Part shown: piece after piece, positions 1 through 7,680 of the stretch
Layout: each line of letters opens with the position of its first letter
How positions within the stretch are numbered: the first letter of the stretch is position 1
From: Dehalococcoidia bacterium
GTDB lineage: Bacteria; Chloroflexota; Dehalococcoidia; Lucifugimonadales; JAGWBF01
Direction: 5' to 3'
Assembly: GCA_965197405.1 (NCBI GenBank)
Contig: OZ240206.1
Location: 1,608,085 to 1,672,084 of the forward strand
DNA: 64,000 bases
The notes under the pieces: model-generated
The model's database searches: none
Seen by the model: only the letters and a program-made list of their open reading frames with translations
What the model was told of the DNA's origin: nothing
Position numbers and translations under genes: made by a program

Positions 1-210
1 CATGTAGTCGGGGAACGGGAGAGTTCCCAGGACACCCGGTCGAACGGCGGTGATGCTTCCCTCGGGCCGCTCCCATTCCATGTGCTCCAGGTTGACTATG
101 ACGCAGAGGGCTACCCTGGCGTTCTCCGGCCACTTCAATATCCCTCGTTTTATGAAGGGAGACCATTCGTAGTGGTCGTGGTCCATCCCGAAACGACGCT
201 CTGCCGGCAT
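1..210 (-). CDS. Polysaccharide deacetylase (NodB/CE4-like, PuuE-type) family protein, first 70 codons only; gene runs off window start
   Basis: Absent from ORF track (no stop in window). Minus-strand ATG 210-208 behind GAGGAGGGG. MPAERRFGMDHDHYEWSPFIKRGILKWPENARVALCVIVNLEHMEW... parallels the N-termini of the 253-1164 and 10263-11129 products. Confidence 0.7.
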   Translation of the reverse strand, partial: MPAERRFGMDHDHYEWSPFIKRGILKWPENARVALCVIVNLEHMEWERPEGSITAVRPGVLGTLPFPDYM

Positions 211-252
211 ACTATCCCCTCCTCAGGCGCAGGGTGGATTCGAGACCTGCCC

Positions 253-1164
253 CTACTTGTTAAATTGCTCGGCGTGGCCCACCGCCTGGTCGTAGTAGTT
301 GGCTATGTAGTGCTCGGCTATCTCGTCCGCCGTCGTTTGCCATACCCCTTCGTGGGACATGATATAGCTCAGCGCCTCGTCCAGGTACTTAATCCTGTGG
401 GGCTGACCCAGGAGATAGGGGTGAAGGGCGATGCACATCACCCGTCCGCTCTCCTCGCCTTCCTTGTAGAGCTGGTCGAACTGGGCCTTGCATATCTCGA
501 CGAAATAGTCCCCCTCGTACTGCTGCCGGAAGAGGACGCCATCGTTCAACTCTATGGAGTAGGGCACTGAGACCATTTTCTCCCCGGACCGGACCTTGAT
601 GGGTATGGGTTGGTCGTCGTGCATCCAGTCCGAGTGGTAGATGAGTCCCGCCTCGGCCATCAGGTCGGGGGAGTACACCGAGCTGGAGCCGGCAGGCCCG
701 AACATGCCCTTGAGCTGCTTCCCTGTGTGGCGTTTCAAGGTTGCGATGGAGTCCTGGTAGAACTCCCTCTCCTGCTCCTCGGTGTAGCCGTGCAGGTAGC
801 GGGTGTTGTAAATCCCGTGGCTCATGTAGTCCCAGTTCCTCTGGACCATGGCTTCGCCGATCTCGGGGTAATGCTCCAATACCGCCAGGTTGAGGGACAC
901 ACAGCACCTAATCCCGTGCTTGTCCAGTACCTCCAGCATCCGCCAGAAGCCGACGCGGTTGCCGTAGTCTGGGTAGGAGTACTGCTGTACGTCGGGGTAG
1001 GGTGCACGGGGCCAGGGGTTCCTGAGACCGTCGTAGTCGGGCAGGTATTCGTAGTGCTCAACGTTGGGCGCTATCCAGAGGGCAACGCGCGCATCGTTGG
1101 GCCACTTGATGGTGGGGCGATCAATGATGGGGCTGTAGTCTACCCTGTATGGGGGCAATGGCAT
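253..1164 (-). CDS. Polysaccharide deacetylase family protein (PuuE/allantoinase-like fold)
   Basis: ORF 253-1341 trimmed to ATG 1164 (AAGGAGG upstream; MPLPPYRVDYSPI...). Motifs KWPNDARVALW, NVEHYEY, GFWRMLEVLDKHGIRCCVSLN, ALHPYLLGQPHRIKYL. Confidence 0.8.
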   Translation of the reverse strand: MPLPPYRVDYSPIIDRPTIKWPNDARVALWIAPNVEHYEYLPDYDGLRNPWPRAPYPDVQQYSYPDYGNRVGFWRMLEVLDKHGIRCCVSLNLAVLEHYPEIGEAMVQRNWDYMSHGIYNTRYLHGYTEEQEREFYQDSIATLKRHTGKQLKGMFGPAGSSSVYSPDLMAEAGLIYHSDWMHDDQPIPIKVRSGEKMVSVPYSIELNDGVLFRQQYEGDYFVEICKAQFDQLYKEGEESGRVMCIALHPYLLGQPHRIKYLDEALSYIMSHEGVWQTTADEIAEHYIANYYDQAVGHAEQFNK

Positions 1165-1353
1165 GGGAGATACCTCCTTGAAAGAAGTACGGGGCAAGGT
1201 ATGACTTTTCGGGAACGCCATGGCGGATATGGGGTCCTCAACCATTCGGGAGCGAGTCCGGAGCGATGGGGGCCGGGTGACCGACGGTGCGCCGCTCCCT
1301 ACCGACAAGGCTAGTATACGTATGGCTCTTTGACGTGTCAACCAGCCGCCTCG

Positions 1354-2543
1354 CCAGGGTCTTTTAATTGTGGGGAGGTAGGCCGATTAGCAGCAGTGTC
1401 TCCCAGGGCTTCCAGCCGTAGTGTCGCAGGGCTGCCGATATGTTTTTAACTCCGTTCAGCCTCAACATGCCTATTACCAAGTTCCGCAGCGCCGCCAGCA
1501 GTTGCGGTGCCGACTCCGTTCGCACCTGGCTTTGATCCTCGCCAAAGACCACGTCCCGCACCCAGTGCAGCCGGTTTTCAATGCCCCGGTGCCCACGCCA
1601 TATCCCCAGCAGCCGGGCGGCATCCACCCGCTCCACCGTCTCCCTGCCCTTGTGCCTCCTGGTTCGTTCCATGCAGCAGACCTGTCCCAGACCGGGCCAG
1701 TCCAGGTATTCGTTCAGAACTGCCGATGCCCGCAACCGTCGCCTTTCCCATCGGTCTCCCCGTCGGCCCTCCTGACACGCCTCGGCAAAGCTCTCTCCCC
1801 AGGGCGGCTGCTCAAAGAGGAGACTCACCGCCTCCCTCATCCCAGGCTGATTGTCCTTCAGTGCCCAGAAATAGTCCCCGCCCTGTTCCAGCACTCTCAG
1901 GCTCAACTCCCGCTGCGCATAGAGGGCGTCCCCGGTAACCACCTTCCCCTTCAACTCCAGTCGGGCCAGCAGGCTGGAGGCCAACCCCAGTTCACTCTCC
2001 TTGCGCTCCCCCCTGACCCCCCTTTTGTCCCAGTACCAGGCCGCTCTCCCCAGCATATGCCGCCACCAGCCTCACCCCGGGCAATTCCCTGCCGTGTATT
2101 CCCCGTAGGGCCTTGCCGTCTATGGCAATGACGGCCTCGCCCTCTCCCAAACACTCTTGGGCCCAGCGCCCCAGGGCCGACTCGAAATCATCCACGTCCA
2201 TCCGGCGAAATACGTGATGCAAGGTGGCCACGCAGGGAGTCTGCTCTCGGCTGAATCCCAGCGACCGGGTCAACTGGGGGTGTTCTCGGCCCCACTGGGC
2301 AATGGCGTACAGGCTCCTGGCGCCGCCCAGCATGGCGCAAACTGCCAAGGCCAGAACTGCCCCCAAGGGGTGCCGCACTCCCTTGGGCTTCCTGGGATCC
2401 TCTATCTGGCTCAGGGCATCCAGCAGCCCAGGACCCCAATCCCCAATACTCTCCTCCAACACAACCTTCCTCCACATTCCCCAAAACTCTCACCTAATTA
2501 TCCAACAGCCTGAATATCCCTTTCTACTATTAAAAGACCCTGG
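1354..2543 (-). mobile_element. ISAs1-family insertion sequence (~1.19 kb) with perfect 15-bp terminal inverted repeats
   Basis: CCAGGGTCTTTTAAT at 1354-1368 and its exact reverse complement at 2529-2543 bracket the transposase frames. No flanking target duplication recognisable. Confidence 0.8.
1364..2477 (-). pseudogene. ISAs1-family transposase split into two overlapping frames (1992-2477 and 1364-2056)
   Basis: N-terminal LSQIEDPRKPKGVRHPLGAVLALAVCAMLGGARS and C-terminal IENRLHWVRDVVFGEDQSQVR are ISAs1/H-repeat-type motifs. Frame change maps to an A4G6 run (plus-strand C6T4, 2017-2026): ...GLVLGQK | GVRGERKESELG... Confidence 0.75.
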
Positions 2544-2638
2544 AGAACACAGGCGGGGCCATTGACCGGGCTTGAGCCTATCCCTACAATGCAGGTAGCT
2601 ACAGGGCTTCCCGCGCTATAAACCCGAGGAGGATAAAG

Positions 2639-3475
2639 ATGGCGAGTGAAAAGGTCACTATAGGCAACGTGGAGATTACCTCCTTCTCCGATGGGACCCT
2701 GGACTTCGATCTTTGCGACTTCTACCCCTCCATTCCCGCCGACAGCTGGCGTCCCTACGAGGACGACCTCACGCCGGAGCATGGGGTCCGCTTCAACCTG
2801 GGGTCCTTCCTGGTGCGCTCCGACGGCCGCACTATTCTGGTGGATACGGGAATGGGTCCCAAGCCTGCCGACGCTCCCGATACCGCCTGGGGAGAGCTTC
2901 TCGATAACTTCGAGGGCGAGGGTGTGCGCCTGGACGAGATAGACATGGTGGTCATCACCCATCTGCACCGGGACCACGTGGGCTGGAACCTGCTTTCTCA
3001 GAACGGCAAATACGAGCCTACGTTTCCCAAGGCCCGCTACTGGATTAGCGCCGGGGACTGGGAGTTCTTTCGCCGGCCAGAGAACCTGGACCTGTTCCCC
3101 ACCACTCGGAGATGTGTCCTGCCCCTGGAGGAGATGGGCCTGGTGGAGCTTATGGATGGCGAGCACGCCCTGACCAGCGAGTTGACCACCCTGCCGACCC
3201 CAGGACATACCCCGGGGCACATGAGCATAATAGTCTCATCCCAGGGGCAGAGGGGCCTGATACTGGGTGACGCTGCCCATAGCGTGGTCCAGGTGCATGA
3301 GACCGACTGGTGTTCCCGTGCCGATATAGACCCCGAACTTACCCGGACCACCCGGCGCTCTCTGATGGAGAAATTGGAGCGCGAAGGGACCCTGGTAGCG
3401 TCGGGACACTTCCCCGCTCCGGGGTTTGGGAGGGTGGTGCGCCTGGAGGGGCGCCGCTACTGGCAGGTCCTGTAG
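2639..3475 (+). CDS. MBL-fold metallo-hydrolase
   Basis: 278-aa ORF, GAGGAGG SD; metal motif THLHRDHVGW plus later PTPGHTPGH and ASGHF. Confidence 0.8.
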   Translation: MASEKVTIGNVEITSFSDGTLDFDLCDFYPSIPADSWRPYEDDLTPEHGVRFNLGSFLVRSDGRTILVDTGMGPKPADAPDTAWGELLDNFEGEGVRLDEIDMVVITHLHRDHVGWNLLSQNGKYEPTFPKARYWISAGDWEFFRRPENLDLFPTTRRCVLPLEEMGLVELMDGEHALTSELTTLPTPGHTPGHMSIIVSSQGQRGLILGDAAHSVVQVHETDWCSRADIDPELTRTTRRSLMEKLEREGTLVASGHFPAPGFGRVVRLEGRRYWQVL

Positions 3476-3505
3476 CTTTATCGCTTTCGATTGGAGGCCA
3501 GGACT

Positions 3506-4018
3506 ATGGACGTGTACCAGTGTATCAGGACCCGGGTGGCCGTCAGGAGCTTCACCCCCGACCCCGTTCCGGGGCCTGTCATCGAGAAAATCCTGCGAGC
3601 CGGGCGCTGGGCGCCCAGCCAGAGGAACCGCCAGCCCTGGCACTTCATCGTCGTCCAGGACCGCCAGACCCTGAAGGAGCTCGGCTCCCTGACCGCGAAT
3701 GGCCCCTACATCGCCGACGCGCCCCTTGCCATAGCCATAGCTATGGAAAACGCCGGGATGCCCCAATTCGACGCGGGCAGGCTGATAGAGAATATGCTGC
3801 TGGCGGCATGGAGTGAGGGTGTAGGCACCTGCTTTGTGGGAGGCTTCGACCATGAGAAGGTCAAGGAGCTTCTTCATATACCTGAATCTATGGAGTTCAT
3901 CACTGCGATGCCCTATGGCTACCCCACGGACGCAGCCAAAGCCGGTGGAAAGAGGCGAAAGCCTCTGGCGGAGACCGCGCACAAAGAGCGTTTCGGGGAG
4001 AGGTGGGACGGCGTCTGA
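3506..4018 (+). CDS. Nitroreductase family protein
   Basis: ORF 3491-4018 trimmed to ATG 3506 (GGAGG 8 nt upstream). RSFTPDPVPGPVIEKILRAGRWAPSQRNRQPWHFIVV is the classic nitroreductase N-terminal signature. Confidence 0.8.
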   Translation: MDVYQCIRTRVAVRSFTPDPVPGPVIEKILRAGRWAPSQRNRQPWHFIVVQDRQTLKELGSLTANGPYIADAPLAIAIAMENAGMPQFDAGRLIENMLLAAWSEGVGTCFVGGFDHEKVKELLHIPESMEFITAMPYGYPTDAAKAGGKRRKPLAETAHKERFGERWDGV

Positions 4019-4046
4019 GCGTCCCCACCGCAGCCCCGGGCAGATA

Positions 4047-4181
4047 CAAGGCCTTTTCATTCTCGGAAGTTGTCATTTCGAGCGCAGCGAGAAATCTAAA
4101 ATTCTTCGGTGGGCAGAACGGCGCGAATAACAAGGACTTTAGACCCCTCGCTCTGCTCGGAGTGACAATGAAAACGACCCG
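4047..4181. repeat. MITE family A copy (short variant)
   Basis: Termini CAAGGCCTTTTCATTCTC ... GACAATGAAAACGACCCG; internal arms GTCATTTCGAGCGCAGCGAGAAATCTAAAA and TTTAGACCCCTCGCTCTGCTCGGAGTGAC. Confidence 0.7.
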
Positions 4182-4206
4182 GACGGATAGTCAAGGAGGT
4201 GTCCCG

Positions 4207-4602
4207 ATGGACAAGACTATACTGGAAAGCCCGGGAGTTATGAAGCCCAGGGGGATTATGTCCCAGGGGGTGAAGACCCCCGCTGGCAACCTGGTATTTG
4301 TCTCGGGCCAGGTCGCCCGCAACGCCCAGGGAGAGGTGGTGGGGCGAGGAGACATCAAGGCCCAGACCCGCCAGACGTTGGAGAATGTCAGGTCGGTCCT
4401 GGAGGCCGGAGGAGCTACCCTGGACGACGTGGTGAAGGTGACGGTCTTCGTGACCAACGTGGAGGAGCACTTCTCCCAGATTCACGAGGTGAGGGCCGAG
4501 TTCTTCCGGAAGGACTACCCGGCCAGCACTCTCGTGGAGGTGAAGGCCCTCGCCGACAAAGACTTCCTCATAGAGATTGAGGCCATCGCCGTCACTCAGT
4601 GA
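4207..4602 (+). CDS. ridA: RidA/YjgF/L-PSP family reactive-intermediate deaminase
   Basis: ORF 4003-4602 trimmed to ATG 4207 (AAGGAGG upstream); upstream part of the ORF is translated MITE. GNLVFVSGQVARN...VKVTVFV...PASTLVEV family pattern. Confidence 0.8.
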   Translation: MDKTILESPGVMKPRGIMSQGVKTPAGNLVFVSGQVARNAQGEVVGRGDIKAQTRQTLENVRSVLEAGGATLDDVVKVTVFVTNVEEHFSQIHEVRAEFFRKDYPASTLVEVKALADKDFLIEIEAIAVTQ

Positions 4603-5486
4603 GTGGGGGGCAGGTGCTCTCTGTACCAGTCCAGGGTCGCCGCCATCACCTCGCTGAAGGCGGGTTCGCTGTAGACCTCGTAGTGGCCGTAGCCCTTCAG
4701 CACTACCAACTTCTTCGGCTCCCCGGCGTGGGCGTAAAGCTGCTCCGACTCCTCGGGCGGCACGAGGCGATCGTTGTCCGAGGTGATGAAGAGGATGGGC
4801 CGGGGCGAAACCTTGTCCACAATCCATTCGGGGTTGAAGCCAAGGGTGTCGTCCACGTACTCCATCGGGATGGTGTTGACTGCCGAGGGATTGTTGCGGC
4901 GGGCCGCCGCGGCTAGCTCGGCGGACTGCCGGTCGGGCAGCAGTATATCGCTCCGCTCGACGAACTCCGACTTCCCCGTGGCGACCCTATTCTCGCGGTC
5001 GGCTTTTGAGGTCTCCAGCAGGTCGAACCACTCGTCCACCCGGCGGACCCGGCTCATCCAGCGCGCTCCATTGCCGATGCCCACCACGCTGACTATGCAC
5101 TTGGCCCGCTCGTCCACCGCGCCTACCCACGAGACCGTGGCCCCGCCGTAGCTGGTGCCGTAGAGGCCGAGTCTATCTTCATCCACCTCCGGTTGAAGGC
5201 CCAGGAAGGTCATCGCGGCCTGCACGTCCATGACCCGGCTGTAAGGGGCCAGGCGGCTGCGCGAGCCTTCGCTGTCTCCCCAGCCCTTGTAGTCGAAGGT
5301 CATCGCCACATAGCCGGCCTGGTTCAGCGCCCTCGCGTTATCGGGCAAGTAGAGGTCCTTCACGCCGGTGTAGCCGTGGCATAGGAGGACGGCGGAACGC
5401 TTCTCCCCCGGCCCCATGTCGTCCGGCGTGTAGACGTCGCCGCAGAGCTTGGCCCCCTCGCTGTAGAACTCTATCGCACGCTTCAT
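4596..5486 (-). CDS. Alpha/beta hydrolase (dienelactone-hydrolase/X-Pro dipeptidyl-peptidase-like)
   Basis: ORF 4596-5642; start set at ATG 5486 (MKRAIEFYSEG; alternative ATG 5516). Nucleophile elbow GTSYGG, HGYTG oxyanion region, C-terminal GYGHYE. Confidence 0.7.
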   Translation of the reverse strand: MKRAIEFYSEGAKLCGDVYTPDDMGPGEKRSAVLLCHGYTGVKDLYLPDNARALNQAGYVAMTFDYKGWGDSEGSRSRLAPYSRVMDVQAAMTFLGLQPEVDEDRLGLYGTSYGGATVSWVGAVDERAKCIVSVVGIGNGARWMSRVRRVDEWFDLLETSKADRENRVATGKSEFVERSDILLPDRQSAELAAAARRNNPSAVNTIPMEYVDDTLGFNPEWIVDKVSPRPILFITSDNDRLVPPEESEQLYAHAGEPKKLVVLKGYGHYEVYSEPAFSEVMAATLDWYREHLPPTH

Positions 5487-5655
5487 ATCTGGTCCTCTCT
5501 TGATATGGTCCGGCATGGTTGATTTCGGGCGTATTATAGCATACGGGCGCAGACTCAAGCCTGGGGCCAGCGGGCGCCTTGCCCAGAGGTCCTTGTAGGG
5601 GCAACCCTTGTGGTTGCCCTGGTTGTGCTTGGGCGTCCACAAGGGACGCCCCTAA

Positions 5656-6570
5656 GTAACTATCTCAAATTAGCGAGGCTCCATAGGCGGCGGTACCAGA
5701 TAAGGGCGCAAGCCAATTGAAGCAGGCCCAGGTAATTGGTGGGCTTCTTATCGTAGCGCACCAGTATCGCCCGGCACTTGGACAGCCAGCCCAGGGTGCG
5801 TTCCACCACCCACCGCCGGGCCGGGTGGGTTTTCTCGCCCGATTGGTCCAATTTCTCTTCGCCAATACGCCGGATATGAGGCTGGTATCCGGCGTCGGCG
5901 ACGGTCACGTGGCCGGTGGGATTGTCATACCCCTTGTCCAGGCACAGGTTTTGGACCCCTTCCGGCCGGTCCACCACTATGCTCTCCAGCGTCGGCCTAA
6001 GGAGTTTCGTATCGTGGACATTGGCTCCGGCCACCACCACGCTCAGTGGCCCGCCGGCCGCGTCGACCAGGATGCTCTTCTTGCTCCCAGCCTTGCCCCG
6101 GTCCGTGGGATTGCGTCCAATGGCGCCCCCCCAAAACGCGCTTTTCCCATGGAGCAATCGGCCGACTGCCATTCCCAGTTTACGCCGTCCAATTCCTGGC
6201 ATTCTTCGATCAAGGCAGCCCAGATGCCATCCAGTACCCCACGCTCTACCCAACGCTGGAAGGTCCGGTGGATGGTGCTGTCATCCCCCAGTTCCTTGGG
6301 CAAGTGGTTCCATTGGCAGGAACTGCGCATACGGAAGATGACCCCTTCCAGCATCTTGCGCTGGTCCACCCTTTTGCGCCCCTTCGCCTTGGGCGGGTCC
6401 AACTCCAAAATCACGGGTTCGATTCGCTCCCACAGGCCATCGGATATTTCCCATATCGTTGGCAGAGTCTCGCTCTTTCCCATCATCCACCACCACATGC
6501 GTTTCCCCTATCTTAACCGAACCCCCTACGTTTTCTCCCTTTCAGACCAATCCTATTTTGAGATAGTTTC
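5656..6570 (-). mobile_element. IS5-family (IS427/IS1031-like group) insertion sequence, 915 bp, with 3-bp TAA target duplication
   Basis: Imperfect IRs G(T/A)AACTATCTCAAA at 5656-5669 and 6557-6570 (inverted); TAA at 5653-5655 and 6571-6573. Confidence 0.8.
5660..6498 (-). CDS. IS5-family transposase, OrfA (6043-6498) and OrfB (5660-6253) joined by a -1 frameshift
   Basis: OrfA ...WQSADCSMGKARFGG, OrfB ...GGAIGRNPTDRGKAGSKKSILVD...DKGYD...RWVVERTLGWL. Frames overlap at UUUUGGGGGGG (plus-strand C7 6126-6132), a plausible slippery site. Confidence 0.75.
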
Positions 6571-6652
6571 TAAGTATTGGGCCGTCTGATAGATTGAAAC
6601 AGGTCCAATCCTGGGCGCGGGGGTTGCAAAAAGCTCGCCAGCCTGTCAAGAT

Positions 6653-7540
6653 ATGCTCATGAGGATAGGCGCCTTTGAGATAAAAGAGCCATTGCCCGAC
6701 TTGCAGGAGCCCCACGCTATCAGCATCCTCCGCCCGTGGGTGAACGTGGGACGGTTGGGGACCCAGGTGCTGGGCCGGTTGGAGCGCCAGTTCGGGGCCT
6801 TGGAGCTGGGAGGGCTGGCCCAGCCCGGGCGGTTCTTTGACTTCACGCGCTATCGTCCCAGGACCCGCCTGGTGTCCGACCGCCGGGAGATGAGCATACC
6901 CAACAGTACCCTGAAATACGCCCGGAGGGAGGAGAAGCCCGATTTCCTGTTCCTGAACCTGCGCGAGCCTCACGCCTTCGGCGAAGACTACGTCGAGTCC
7001 GTCGTGGAGATATTGAAGGCCTTCGGGGTGAAGCGGTACTGCCTCATCGGCGGGATGTACGACATTGTGCCCCACACCAGGCCCTTGCTGGTCTCCGGTG
7101 CGATGGGTGGACGAGAGGCGGTGGAGGAAGCGAAGAGGGTTGGGATACAGGAGAGCAGCTACCAGGGGCCTACCAGCATCACCTCGCTAATCACCCAGGA
7201 GGCCCTCAAGCTGGGGATTGACCATATGACCTTTGTGGTACATCTTCCCCAGTACGTCCAGCTCGAGGAGGACTATGCCGGCGCGGCGCGGCTGATGGGG
7301 CTGCTATCTACGATATACCAGCTCCCCCCCCACCTGATAGACGAGGAGCGGGGGCAGAGGCAGTACCAGGACCTCAATGCAGCGGTGGAGCGCAACCCGG
7401 AGCTAAAGGGAGTCCTTCAACAGTTGGAGTCCCAGTATGATGCCAAGCAGGGGCCGCCGCAAGAGCCGCCCCCGCCCCCTCTCTCCCCCGAGGTGGAGAG
7501 GTTCCTTCAAGAGCTGGACCAGAAGGAGGATGAGGGGTAG
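6653..7540 (+). CDS. PAC2 (proteasome-assembly-chaperone-like) family protein
   Basis: 295-aa ORF. The pattern FDFTRYRPRTRLV...IPNSTL...DFLFLNLREPH...VKRYCLIGGMYDIVPHTRP matches the bacterial PAC2 family as I recall it. Confidence 0.6.
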   Translation: MLMRIGAFEIKEPLPDLQEPHAISILRPWVNVGRLGTQVLGRLERQFGALELGGLAQPGRFFDFTRYRPRTRLVSDRREMSIPNSTLKYARREEKPDFLFLNLREPHAFGEDYVESVVEILKAFGVKRYCLIGGMYDIVPHTRPLLVSGAMGGREAVEEAKRVGIQESSYQGPTSITSLITQEALKLGIDHMTFVVHLPQYVQLEEDYAGAARLMGLLSTIYQLPPHLIDEERGQRQYQDLNAAVERNPELKGVLQQLESQYDAKQGPPQEPPPPPLSPEVERFLQELDQKEDEG

Positions 7541-7680
7541 GCCACACCCCCGCCACCAAAGGGCGTTGCGACTCGGCGAGGTGAGAGCAGGACGGCGGGA
7601 GGGGTCTGCTTTGAGCACTCCCAGGCTCTCAACTGTCCGCCTGTTCCCGCCCTACGTTAAAATGCAGGCCGTATGAACCC

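Noticed and set aside
82-570. 162-aa plus-strand ORF at the window start, and other plus-strand ORFs over 253-1341.
   Set aside because: They are antisense to the two tandem deacetylase genes and have no recognisable motifs.
6405-6425. GGGTTCGATTC, a T-arm-like string suggesting a tRNA; also a general search for tRNA, tmRNA and rRNA.
   Set aside because: It lies inside the IS5 transposase frame with no acceptor or anticodon arms around it. I found no cloverleaf-compatible segment anywhere in the window.
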